Shown: positions 1-12,858 of the stretch, in pieces
Layout of the letters: each line of letters begins with the position of its first letter
Numbering within the stretch: position 1 is the stretch's first letter
Assembly: GCF_009914755.1 (NCBI RefSeq)
Contig: NC_060926.1
Reading direction: 5' to 3' (one strand)
DNA: 64,000 nucleotides
Source of the DNA: the human T2T-CHM13v2.0 reference genome, Homo sapiens
Position numbers and translations under genes: made by a program
The notes under the pieces: generated by a model
Told to the model about the DNA's origin: nothing
Databases searched by the model: none
What the model saw: only the letters and a program-made list of their open reading frames with translations

Positions 1-696
1 TCTGTAATGTTAAAATTTCAATATAAATGTGAGGCAAATGCTATGAGTAGATTAAAAAAAAAGAGATTCCTGTTGACAGTAAGTACAAGACAACATATGA
101 TATTGGGGGTGCATACAACACATGGCTGGTTAATCTTCAAGGCTCATTTCATGTCGGGAAACAGAGCCAAGTGAGAACAGTCCCTTCCAAATTCAGACAA
201 CTACACAAAAGCCAACTACACAAAGCAGCATTATCTCATTAAGCAAAGCTGTCTTTCCCCCAGTCAATCATCTTGAATAAAATAAATTGATGTTCAATTT
301 TTAAAAAATTAAAGACTGGTAAAATTCAAGAAAGCTCCTGGCACGTTTAGTCTCTGCCGTACCATTGCTTCCTCAGCATGAGCTGTTTTCAGGAACAAAA
401 CAGCAATTGACACTAATTAATACTAATTACTCATCTTGAGCTTACTTTTTAGTTCATCTGGCCTTACCAATATGTCCTACTGAAGTTAACCATTTGCTTG
501 AGGACTGAATAATTTTTTCAGCTCATCTCTAACCCATGCTGTTTTACAAGCATGCTTACCTGTGTATAGGGAGGAAAAAGAATAAATGGGTTGTGGTCAT
601 ATAAAATGGGTGTACTTAAACCTTGAAAAGATTATAAGCTTCTTTAAGATTTAATGCTTTTTCATAGATTTATACCAACGATACATTATCTGTGTA

Positions 697-3267
697 CAGA
701 AACACTGTTTTATTGTGCTGCACTTTATCATACTTTGCAGATGTGTTTTTTCCAAATTGAAGGCTTATGGCAACTCTGTGTTGAGCAAGTCTATCAGCAC
801 CATTTTTCCCATAGCAGGTGCTCACTTTGTGTCTCTGTGTCATGTTTTGGTAATTATCACAATATTTCAATCTTTTTATTATTAATATATCCACGATGGT
901 GATTTGTGATCAGTAATCTTTGATTTTACTATTCCAGTTGTTTGGGGGCACTGCAAATTGCACCCATATAAGATGGTGAACTTAATCAATAAATGTTATA
1001 TATGTGCTGAACACTGCACTGACTGGCCGTTTTCCCATCATTTTCCCTCTGCTCTGGCCTCCTTATTCCCTGAGATACAATATTCAAATTAGGCCAATTA
1101 ATAGACCCTACAGTGGCCTTCATGTGGTTCAGTAAGAGTCACAGGTCTCTCACTTTAAATCAAAAACTAGAAATAATTTTCTTAATCCAGTCTATCATTG
1201 TTGGACATTTGGGTTGGTTCCAAGTCTTTGCTATTGTGAGCAGTGCTGCAGTAAACATACGTGTGCATGTGTCTTTATAGCAGCATGATTTATATTCCTT
1301 TGAGTATATACCCAGTAATGGGATGGCTGGGTCAAATGGTATTTCTAGTTCTAGATCCCTAAGGAATCACCACACTGTCTTCCACAATGGTTGAACTAGT
1401 TTACAGTCCCACCAACAGTGTAAAAGTGTTCCTATTTCTCCACATCCTCCCCAGCACATGTTGTTTCCTGACTTTTTAATGATTGCCATTCTAAACTCAT
1501 AGGTGGGAATTGAACAATGAGAATACTTGGACACAGGAAGGGGAACATCACACACCGGGGCCTGTTGTGGGGTGGGGGTAGGGGGGAGGGATAGTGTTAG
1601 GAGATATACCTAATGTAAATGACGAGTTAATGGGTGAAGCACACCAACATGGCACATGTATACATATGTAACAAACCTGCACATTGTGCACATGTACCCT
1701 AGAACTTAAAGTATAATAAAATATATATATATAAACTAGAAATACTTAAGCTTACTAAGGAAGGCATGTCTAAAGCCAATATAGGCCAAAAGCTAGGCCT
1801 CAAGATTACTGATGATGGTTGCTATACTAAACAACAATTTTCAGTGTAGATGAAACAGTCTTGTAGTTGAAAAATAATCCATCTAGGACTTTCATAGGTA
1901 AAGAGGAGAAGTCAGTGTCTGACTTCAAAGCATCAAAGGACAGGCTGCCTCTCTTGTTAGGAGCTAATGCAGCTGGTGACATTAAGTTGAAGCCAATTTT
2001 CATTTACCATTCCAAAAATCATACAGCCCTTAAGATTTATGGTAAATCTGCTTTTCTTATGCTTTATAAATGGAAAAACAAAGCTGGATGACAGCACATT
2101 TGTCTAAATCAAGTTTTACTAAAAATTTTAAGCCCACTGTTGAGATCTACTGCTTTGAAAAAAAAGACTCCTTTCAACATATTATTGCTTGACAATACAC
2201 CTAGTTATCTCAGAGCTCTGATGGAGATGTACAAGGAAGTTAATGTTGTTTTCATGCCTGCTAATGCAACATTCATTTTGTAGCCCATGAATCAGGAAGT
2301 ATTTTCGACTTTCAAGTCTTATAATTTGAGAAATATATTTCATGAGGCTATAGCTGCCTTAGATAGTGATCCCTCTGACAGATCTGGGCAATGTAAACTG
2401 AAAACCTTCTGGAAAGGATTCACAATTATAGATGCCATTAAAAACATTAGTGGTTCATGAGAGGAGGTCAAAATATAAAAATTAACAAGAGTTTGGAAGA
2501 AGATGATTTCAACCCTCGTAGATGACTTTCAGGGGTTTAAAACTTTAGTGGAGGAAGTAACTGAAGATGTAGTAGAAATGGCAAGGGATCTAGAATTAGA
2601 AGTGAGGCCCAAAGAAGTGATTGAGTTTCTGGAACCTCAGGATGAGTAAAGAAAATGGTATTTTAAGATGGAATCTACATCTGGTGAAGATGCTGTGAAC
2701 ATTGTTGAAATAGCAACAAATATTATGAATATTATATAAACTTAGTTGATAAAGCAGCAGCAGGATTTCAGAGGACTAACTCCAATTTCGAACCAGTTCT
2801 ACCATGGATAAAATGCTATTAAACAGCATCACATGCTACAGAGAAATCTTTCAGGAAAGGAAGAGTCAATCAATGCGGCAAACTTTATTGTTGTCTTGTA
2901 TTAAGAAATTGCCACAGCCACTCTAACTTTCGGCAACCATCACCTTGATCAGTTGGCAGCCATCCAAACTGAAGGAAGAGCCTCCACCAGCCAAAAAGAT
3001 TATAACTTGTTGAAGCCTCAGAAGATTGCTATTTTTTTAGCAATAAAGTATTTTTTCATGAAAGTATGTCCAGTGTTTTTTAGACATAATGCCATTGCAC
3101 ACTTAGTAGACTAATGTATAGTGCAAACATAACATATGCACTAGGAAACAAAAAAAACATGTGACTCCATTATGATATTTTCTTTATTGTGATACTTGCT
3201 TTGTTGGGATATTTGCTTCATTTTGGTGATCTGTGGCTGAACCTATGATATCTCTGAGATATGCCTG
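697..3267 (+). mobile_element. Tigger1 DNA transposon (TcMar-Tigger), internally deleted, interrupted by an L1
   Basis: Starts after TA (695-696) with CAGAAACACTGTTTTATTGTGC and ends ...GAGATATGCCTG, matching the Tigger1 termini. ORF 1867-2091 ([34 protein letters not shown]) is pogo/Tigger transposase. Roughly 400 bp appear to be missing near 1801. Confidence 0.93.
1176..1732 (+). mobile_element. 5'-truncated, 5'-inverted (twin-primed) LINE-1, L1PA4/5-like
   Basis: 1176-1494 is antisense L1 ORF2 end (ORF 1367-1555 -, [16 protein letters not shown]). 1495-1732 is sense 3'UTR with an A/TA tail. TSD AAACTAGAAATA at 1164-1175 and 1733-1744. Confidence 0.93.
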
Positions 3268-6200
3268 TCATTATTACAATAGGTAACACTGAAACTATTA
3301 TTATTATCCTTATGGCTTAAAATGACAGCTCTCTGTGTTTACAAACCATCATTGACTCTTCATTGCCCCTGAGTTAAGCATAAGATTTTCAGTTTAGGGA
3401 TTAGGAGCTCCACGAATAATACAGTCCCATCCTCTCTCTCCAGCTTCATCTTATATTATTTCCCAGTCACTCCTTGGACTCCTGCTAATTCCAGAAATCA
3501 ACACTCCCAACCCTATTCTGGGCTTTTTAGTTTGTGTGTCATTCTTTACTTATGTTTTGCCCTTCCATTTTTAGTTTCTTGACCTGCCCAACTCTTCAAG
3601 AATGAACAATTTCATCCACTTTACTACCTATACAATATATCCTTTTATACTTTTGTTAATGTCACTTACCTTATTCAATTATAAAGTTGCTTGTATATTT
3701 GCATCTGTCTAGTGTCTAACAAAGTTAGCCAGACTGAAGTAAACAGTTAACAAATCAAATTACAAAGCATGTTTCTAAAAAATATAAGCTATTTTCTACC
3801 CTTTACAAGAGGAGATATGGATATAAACTAATGCATTTTTTGGTTTTAGACAAATTTGGATAATGTAAATACTTAAATATGATTATAGCACACATATTGT
3901 TGTTATATAGTTAAGCACATTCTCCTAGAACTTGCATATTTGAAGTTCTTCTAAATTTTGTAATATATAATGATGAATTTTAATATTTTATCTCGATTTC
4001 CAGGATATGCCTAATAAGGGACTGCTAAATCAGAACTATTTGACAGCCATAGTGGGGACTTAGGACTGAGTGAGGTATTGTGACCCAGCAATTGCTAGCC
4101 ATTTTCAAAAATGGCCATTTCAATCTGCATCAGTCTACAAACATGGCTCCTTCTCTACTATGGTCCATACCTTGTCTAGGTTGAAACTTTATAAGAAGTG
4201 TCATAGACAGGAATTTAATGGTCATAGAAAGTTGTCAATTTGTTCTCTTATTAAGTAGTGTTTATTCATTTTTCCTTAACATCTTTCCCACAAGATACAG
4301 TGAATCCCTGTTTCTGCGAGATCCTCAATTTAAACCTTATTCAAGATATAACTCTTAATTTTACTTTCTATGCAAGTTTGATATGCTATATTCTTAACAC
4401 AATCATGAAATGACAATTCTGTGTTCTATAGACTTTGTCCCTGGACTAATTTACATGATGCACTATAGCCCCCATTTAAGCTAAACCCATAAGTAGCTAA
4501 AGGCATATGACAGTGCACAGCAAATACATGTGTTACAAATATCCGTATGCAAAATACCCTGGTCAATAGTATGTGATTCAGGTAATAGATTCTGTGGAGG
4601 GACTCCAATGGATGGGGGAGGGTAAAAGTGCAGGAATTTACAAGTACGGGTTCCTTAAGAGAGATCATAACATTGACATAGTTACGAGATCTGGTTGGTG
4701 GCACAGCAGAAGTTGACGATATAATAGAAATGAATCTTTCGCTCTCTCTTTCCTCCTTTTTTCTAAATGCTTCCAGAGAAATAAGTAACTGTTGTATTGA
4801 AAACTTGCAAACCCATTCTGTGTTCCTGAGATATCTTTGCTATGTTATTATTGAACTTGGGCTATTCTTCATGTAAATGTTTTCATGGTAGTGGATCTTT
4901 ACATGAATTAACTCACCTTCAAGATGACTGAGAGCTGTTAGTACATTCCCTCTCCTAGACACAGAAAAGACTTCTGTTTGTGATCGCTTATTCCCATATG
5001 ACTGGTTTACTTATTTGAACATTTGGACCTTACTTTTCTGAGAAAGAAACTACTCTGGAGAGAAGTGGGATGATGAATCGGTATTACATAGTTTCAAACA
5101 TGGGAATAAGCAAGGTAATAGCCTTTTCTGTCACTAGTATTTATTTAGAAAGTCACTTGGAGTTTTATAGCCAACTTCTGCCATACCTTCCAAAAGATTA
5201 AAAAAAGAGGAATCATGGTATGGGGTTCTTCCCCACAGAGACACTGCCTATTCCTTTGGGTGTACTAAATCTTAAAATGAGTTCTCACTCCTGCAGTCCA
5301 ACAGCTCCCGAGATATTTCTAGCAATTTTCTGGGTGGCAGTTTACACTTATCAATGATTGCTATGAGAACTCAAAAGTGAGAAGAGCATAAAATTAGAGA
5401 AACAAGAATTCTCTTCATTGCTAGATTGATCAATAACCTTAGGGACCATAGCTTCATGTCTTTTCTTCTCAAACACACAGAAGATATCAAGAAAAAGATA
5501 ATAAAACCAAAATGAAAACCATGGGAGTTGTAAAAGTTTTTCAGAATAGGAATAAATTACACCATGACATATGGAGGCAAAAGTATAGAGACTGCTGAAT
5601 TACAAGACACACAAACAGTTTCAATGTGTTTAAGCATGTCTCAAAAATTTAAAGGATCTCATTAAACAATGCTAGGTAACTTTCTTTCAAGTAGGTGTTA
5701 TTGGTATTTAAAAAAGTATCAAGATAGTTGCTAGGGGGCAAACTAGCCTTTTGACAGAAACTGGCGATATGGAAAAACACATTAGAGAATCTCCTTCTAA
5801 GTTTTACTGTCTGAGAAATTTAGTTTTGCCAGGGCACACAGTATGGCCACATTTAGGGAGAATGACAGAAGCAAAACAAAGTTGGAGGAAACTAACATCT
5901 AACTTAGCCTAACAGAAGGATTTACAAAAGGCAGTGAGCATTCCTTGTGTAATAGATATTTACATTTACGCTCTAGGGCAATGTCTATACATATCAGGGT
6001 ATTTGGGAAGCAAATTTAGTAATAAGAAATTCTTTAGGTCACCAGGGATGATTTGTTTTAAGACTAATTCATTTAATAAAACAACAAAATGTGATTAAAA
6101 CTATTTCCATCCTTTTATAACTAACATCTCGTATGGCAGGCACAGGAGTGTGCCAGGTTCAGACTTTCCCCTCCTTAGTCAATGTTAGGTGAACGGTGGT

Positions 6201-6310
6201 ACAATCTTATTTTTTACTCTCCTTTTTCCCAGTGTCCTTGCATGTGTCCAATCTTTTGTTAATATTAATAGGATTCTTCAGAAACGGTATATAATAAATA
6301 GTGAGGTATT

Positions 6311-6443
6311 TCTTTCCTTCCTCTGCCCTCCCCTTATGCCCTCTTTCTCCCTCCCCTCACCTCCCCTTCCCTCCCCTTCCCTTCCATTTCTTTCTTCTTT
6401 CCATCCTCCTTTCCTCCCTGCTTCCCTCCCTTCTCTCTTTCTT
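6311..6443. repeat. Polypyrimidine/polypurine low-complexity tract (CCTT/CCCT-like)
   Basis: About 130 bp almost entirely C/T on the + strand. Confidence 0.9.
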
Positions 6444-6519
6444 CAAAACCTGTACTTGGTTGTAATTTTATGAAGAAACACTTTAAACATAAAATGTAGA
6501 ATGTATAACAGACACACAT

Positions 6520-7700
6520 GCTTTGTTCCCCTTCTAGCTTAAATAAATAATATTTATTTGCCGTTAAATGTGGGTTTGAGGTTTATGCCCTTTGTCAGTT
6601 TAAGGAAATTCTTTACTATCTCATTTGCTAACAGTTTTTCTACTGAATGAGTGAATCATATTTCCATTTCTGGTACTGGCAATGTTTGATGATGGGGCAT
6701 TGTTATTTTTTGCTCTGATAAATTTGATTTGCTCTTATTTAGGAATTTAGCTGCTATTTCAAAAACTGGGTCTGGTGTGTTTATTGTATTTCTTTGCATA
6801 ATTTTGATTTTGGATTATAAATTCATTATAGAATGAGTTGGATACCTTTGTTTTTTAGTCTTTGAAACAATTTGCATTGTATAAATTTATCTGTTTTTAG
6901 AGATTTAGATTTGTTAAAGGTTTTCTTGAAATTATGTGACCTGAGCTTTTTGAAGAGTTATGTGTGTATATGTGTGTGTGTTTGTGTGTGTCAGGGGGAC
7001 ATAGGGGTGTTGGTGAATCATTTTGTAATGGGCTGGGGAAATGGGGTTTTAGCTATTAATTATATTTAATTAATAATTGTTATTTTATTTTTATTTTAAA
7101 TTCTAAGTCAATTTTAAAAATCTCTTATGTATATTTAATTTTATCTGGGTTGTCAATTTATTTATATAATATTTTTGTGTTATTCTGTTTTAAAATCTTT
7201 ACTCTGTTGGTAAGTCCTAGTTTTTAAACTATATATTATTTGTAACATTACTCATTTTACTAGTAATATCTATATTAATATTAATAGTTTTAAAGAACCA
7301 ACTTTTTGTTTTATTAATCTTCTCTAGTGTTTTTCTGTATTTTCATTGATTTCTGGTTTTGCTTTAAGTATTTCTATTTCTTTCTAGGTTTATTTTGTTA
7401 ATTTTATTTTGACTCACTGAGTTGAAGATTTGACCAATTTTAATATTTCTTATTATGTAATAAATACATTTAGGATTTTATATTACCTCTGATTAAGACC
7501 TTAGCCAGTTTGTTATAGGAAACTTATAATACTATGCAAGTCTTTAGGTTTAAATGTGTTATTGTTTTCATTGTAATATCCTAATTAATCTGAGTAATAG
7601 AAGTTTATATTTGTTTCTAAATGTTTTATAAGCACTTAAAAATTAATTTCTAATTTAATTTTATGGTAGTAATAAAGTCTGACATTTATTATTTAATATT
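6520..7700 (-). mobile_element. Ancient LINE-1 (L1M/L1ME-type) fragments, with a TG tract at ~6960-6990
   Basis: T-rich sequence resembling antisense old L1 ORF2 (tgccctttgtcagttttaaggaaattc, tcattatagaatgagttgg). Boundaries approximate. Confidence 0.6.
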
Positions 7701-7929
7701 TGTTATTGTTGTGATCTTGAACACTATGGACCAAGATTTAAAGCTGTTTAAATAGTAAGTCCAGTGAAAATTCTGCTTTATAAAGGTTAATGTAATTTAG
7801 TTTCTGGTTCAACCCACAATGAAACATCTAACTTTTCCCTTCTATTTAGAAAAAAAAATACTCTTCTAGTGTTTTTTCACTTGCAGTCACTTCAGGTGGG
7901 ATGTATAGATGTGATACAGCAAGTTATAG

Positions 7930-8060
7930 AGAATAAGACAATGAGCTTTAGCAACATGCAGCTTTGGTTTGAGTCTTATTCTGATACTATGATATTGGGC
8001 AAGTAATTTGAAATCTCAATATTTGCTCTTTAATTTATCCATTTGGAGCTTATATATTTT
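7930..8060 (+). mobile_element. MIR SINE fragment
   Basis: MIR core-like tgatattgggcaagtaatttgaaatctc. Confidence 0.5.
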
Positions 8061-8832
8061 TAAATACCATCCCCTACTGCTATAGAAGAGCATGCGTTGC
8101 TCCATGCTCTCAAAGAAGTGTGCAGACAGATGATTGTACTAGGTGAGAAGGTAGGCCTGTTCGCTGCTTGGCCATCTTTCCTAGTGTAACATTATGAGGT
8201 TATCATAAGTCAAAATGGCTACTTTCCTAGACCAGGTACAAACTTTCTGATAAAATTTGCTAGTAGAAGACTTAAAAAGGCAGTTTTCTTTCCACATTGA
8301 TATTCAGATGAATGATATACAGACTTCAACTTTTCCTCTCTTCCTCTAATAAGATAGTAGGACATGAGTGTGGTGATTTTTGTTTTCCACTACTTGTTGT
8401 CGAAAACACTGGAATTTGCAGTTTTTTAAGTCTCCCTTTTGGGAGCCATGAAATTAGCAATGTTTGTGCATGTATGAGGAAGTATCTTTATTGTCCATTA
8501 ACTTTGGTTTTTATCAGCTTCTATTGTTATTTTGGGAATACGGATTCCCTAGCCCCTGATGGGGCACAGGTCTTTGAGTTCTGAATCTGAAATGTTTGGT
8601 GTTTTGTGGGAAGCTGGGGAGCCTCCAGGGCCTCCACAGTTCACTCCTGTCCCTGTGAGACAGCCTGTTACATGCTGGCATAGGCCAGGCAGCTCACAGC
8701 TGTGACTCATCTGCTGATGTGTTCCCTCAGGCTCTCCCAGAGTAGCTGCGGTAAGTGGAATAGTGCATATTGAAAATCTGGACACATGTTACATATTTCT
8801 CAATACCACCCGACTGAGGGAACAAGGGTAAG

Positions 8833-9319
8833 TGTGGCAAAATATGCCACCCCGAAATATGCCACTTTGGCGTAAAGGTAACTTTGATCTAAATGCACTT
8901 GAAAAACAGCAAATGCATGAGAGGCGTCCTAATCTCCCCTTTTCTGAAAACAGGAGATTAAAAACTCCCTTGTGAAAGTTCCCTTACACCATGAGGAGGT
9001 AAACATTCTTCAGTGGGGAGTCATAGCCCAGAGAATTTTGTGCAAACAGACCTTGTCAAAATAATTCTTGTCATCTTTTAGCTTCCCCACAGAATTTAGT
9101 TACTTTTCCACAATTGCCTCTCTGTTTTCAACCTAATATATTAGCTTTTAGGTTTTGTCAATTTTTGGGTCTTCTTTTCCTTATTAGGGCTCCCGTATTA
9201 CATAAAATTTATATTAAATTTCTATGCTTTTCTCTGGTTAATCTGACTTATGTCAATTTAATTATTAGGTTCTGTCTAAAACCCTAGGAGGGTAGAGGTA
9301 AAATTTTGTCTCCCTGACA
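8833..9319 (+). mobile_element. Solo LTR, MER34-like (ERV1)
   Basis: TG...CA ends. The 5' aatatgccaccccgaaatatgccactttggc and 3' gggtagaggtaaaattttgtctccctgaca match the MER34 family pattern. Confidence 0.75.
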
Positions 9320-10685
9320 AGGGTAAAGTGAGGAAGTATTTTCTTTCCTTTTTCATGAATAGCATTTCCCTGGGTTCTGGGGTGAGGGAGCAGATTTTTG
9401 TATTTTTTTTTATCTCACAAAAGTTTTATTTACAAAGTTTCCATATTTTTGTGGTTGTTTCAAATAGTTGTTTTAAGCTTTTGTGGAGGTTTTGCTTATA
9501 TCTGCAGATTTAGCATCAGTAGGCATATATTAAGCTTGATAGCAACTTAAAAATAAGGAGACCACAAATGTTTGAACTATTTTCCAGGTGACATCTGTTA
9601 ATAATGCAATATATTTAGAAATATGGTAACTGAGGTTTTCATAATCAGTTTAGGTCTTCAATATTTCTGTGGAGTATGGAGAGCAGAAATCAAGCAGTGT
9701 TCTTAAGATGAGGATCTGTCTATAGGTTTTAAAGTAACTTTTACTTCTCAAGGAAATGAAATGGGAACAGCAGAATTGTGAGACCCCTGTAGAGGTCATG
9801 TTTGGACAAATATATCTTCATTTGTTAAATTGTGTACATGTTTACAGCAAGCCTGGCTTTCAGCAGCAGGCAGTGAATTCCTACTCAAATGTTTCCTTTA
9901 CACAATCATTCTTAGCTTCCAAGTGAGCAAAAGGAAACTGCTATTTATTTTGAATTTGTTATTTAGCTTATTGTGACTAGATATATACCCAACTATAATT
10001 TTTTTAATTCTGTGGATTATTAAAAACAAGGTTTTGCCAATTTTCTTAGAAATGTAAAAAAAATGGGAAATAGAGAAAGTAGTGAGCTATGAGAGACAGG
10101 ATGGGGGAGGCAGAAGGGAAAAAGAAATGAGAGGTTGTTCTCTGTAGTTAATGCATTTGTCTTAGAAGAAAATTTTAAAGAAGAAAAAAAGTGGCTTGCT
10201 TTAAGTACATGACAGGTGCCCAGATTTTATCTAATATTAAAAATCATGACGTGTCATATGGTTGTCAGGAATCTGAGATAATATTAACTTTTATTTCACG
10301 ACAGTGCTCTGCCACTGCTGATTTTACATTTAACACAGAGTCCATTTCTTCATCTCCCCTTAAGAGCCAGCCAATTCAAGATTTATTGATTTGGTGTCAA
10401 TCAAATATGGTTTATCTTCTCAGTCTTTGCCTTACCTAATTGTTGGCAGCCCTTGGAAGAGAGGATACTGTTAACCTTCGGAATGTGCATGAAGGCTTGG
10501 CGAGTGAGGTAGGAAAGGTTTAGCTGAGCCAGTTTGGTTGGAACACCAGTGCCCATTGAGAGAGAGTTCTAGGTCATGGTGCTTCATCTGCAGTGAGGGT
10601 GGCCAGAAGGAGATCCTCTAAAACTTCATACGCATCAGGAGATGCGAGAAGCGGTGATTACAATGCTGGGAAAAATGCCAGAACT

Positions 10686-10688
10686 GTA

Positions 10689-10730
<42 letters not shown>

Positions 10731-10781
10731 GGGGGGCGTGATATTGCAACCCTGGCATTTTGTAAAAAAAAAAAAAAAAAA
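10686..10781. repeat. (TG)n microsatellite followed by a poly(A) run
   Basis: About 18 TG units at 10693-10729 and an A-run at 10764-10781. Confidence 0.95.
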
Positions 10782-11524
10782 GTGAAAATATATTTAACAG
10801 AATTAACAATCTCCTTGCTTCATGCTTTTCAAATGCTGATATTTGAAAAATGTATCGAATGTGAAGTTATGAAAAATATAAAAGTTAAATTAAAAATATG
10901 ATTAAAATATACATTACTGGCCACTAAATCACATCTCTGTACTGTGCTGTTTGCTGTAACTCCGATCCTTTACTGTCTGAGACTACTACAGTCACCTGGA
11001 GTGGAATCCTCTAATGTGGCCACTCCAGTTGACCTTTGGTGTCTTCCTGTCATTTAGCAATCCTGTATAGACTTGGCATTACTATTGCCTCTCTGGCTGC
11101 TCATGATGGAGGGTCCAATTTCAGCAATTTTGATTTCTTTCCTAGGTATCCACAGAGATATGGTCATGTCCTCAGTCTCTCCTTCCCTTTCCAGTTGATA
11201 CATGTGCTCGTGCTACAAGCTTTTCCAGCCAGGTCCTCCTTGGCTGTCTGTGTGATGATGAAGTGGGGTTAGAGGGAAGGATAAGAAAAAATTGGAGGAG
11301 ATAGGGAACTGTAGGAGCTCAGTGATAAAGAATAACCCAAACAACTTGCAGTGGGATGTCAAGAGTGGTGGCGGGGCAGGTAGTGGAGCAGAAGAGAAGT
11401 CTATTTGAGAGAGAGAGATAAATGACCAAGTAAACTGCTTACCAATGTCTCCAACATTTACATGATGACAACAGAAGCATTGATGTTTCATTTTTTTTGT
11501 TTAAGAAATAGCAAGGTGAAAGGT

Positions 11525-11691
11525 GAAGGCCTTCAACCTTGGGTGCACACTGGGAAGCTTTAAAAATACTGAGTCTTGGGTCCCATCCATCAAGAGATAC
11601 TGATTTACTTGGTTAGGATTGTTGCTCTATCATCAAAAGTTTATAACTCTTCCTGGAAGTTCTCATATTCTGCCAAGGTTGAGAACTACAG
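11525..11691. mobile_element. MER5A-like hAT-Charlie MITE
   Basis: tcaaccttgggtgcacac...gccaaggttgagaactac: inverted termini and the MER5A internal pattern. Confidence 0.7.
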
Positions 11692-11779
11692 TTAAGTGAA
11701 TACCAGGATTTGATTATAATCAGTAAATTATTTTTATTTTAACCAAAGAGAAAGAGGTTCATCTTTAAGAGGCATTTTT

Positions 11780-11980
11780 AAGGTACCAGACACAGTGGTG
11801 AATACTTATATTATTAACTTTTTAAAAAAATTATCATAGTAACATTGTGAAGTGGGGATAATCAACCTCTTCAATAGGTGAAGGAAGTGAGGCCTACAGA
11901 GAAGTAATTTGCCCAAGGTGACACAGTTTGTGGAGGTGAAACAACCAGCTGGGACTCAATCACAGGTCTTTGTGATTTGT
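11780..11980 (-). mobile_element. MIR SINE
   Basis: aggaagtgaggcctacagagaagtaatttgcccaaggtgacacag is the antisense MIR core. Confidence 0.75.
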
Positions 11981-12135
11981 CTTTTTCCTTATCTTTCCTT
12001 TAAGACCCAGTTGGGAATTATAGATAGGTATCATGGATTGCTTGAGGACCTAATATTTTTCATGCTTTATGTCTAGGAATAAGAAAAAATAAATTCTATG
12101 TGTTCTAATTACCATAACCCCCAAGATTGTCTAAA

Positions 12136-12450
12136 ATTAGGAGCCAACAAATTATAACCCAGCATCTATTTTTTACACAACCTATGAAGAAAGAATGTTT
12201 TTCATCTTTTTAAATGGTTGAAAAAAATTAAGGAAGAATCTTTCATGACCTGTGAAAATGATACAAAATTATAAATTTGGTGACCACAAAGAAAGTCTTA
12301 TTGAAACAAATTAATTTGCTTTTGTGTTGTCTATAGCTCCTTTCACATTATAATAGCAGGATCAATTTTGGCGGAGACCATTTTATGTCCAGCAAAACCT
12401 AAACTATTTACTATCTTTCCATTTACAGAAAAAGTTTATTGACTTTTTCT
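12136..12450. mobile_element. MER58B-like hAT-Charlie MITE
   Basis: aaagaatgtttttcatctttttaaatggttgaaaaaaa...aaacctaaactatttactatctttccatttacagaaaaagttt. Confidence 0.7.
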
Positions 12451-12647
12451 CTATATGAAAACCTTATAAATATAAATAAATAAAAAAGCTGATATATCCT
12501 GCAGAGAATTCCCTTTCACATTAAAAAATATTTAACAATACAAAACAATTTACAAGTTTCCTTTAAGGTATAAACTCCCCCAGTGACTTGAAATGTTGGT
12601 ATGAAAATCATTACATGATCACTGTTCTCATCATTCCTTCTAAGAGA

Positions 12648-12858
12648 TCAGCTTTTTAAGATTCATATATGAGTGAGATCATGAAGTATTTGTTTTTCTG
12701 TGTCTGGTTTATTTCACTTAACATAGTAACCTCTAGATTCATACTTCTTGTTGCAAATAAAAGAATTTTGTTTTTAGTGGCTGATTACTATTCCATTATG
12801 TATTTATACTACATTTTCTTTATTCATTCATCTATTGTTGGACACTTAGGTTGATTCC
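12648..12858 (-). mobile_element. L1MA-type 3' fragment
   Basis: tatgagtgagatcatgaagtatttgtttttctgtgtctggtttatttcacttaacat...ggacacttaggttgattcca. Confidence 0.8.
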
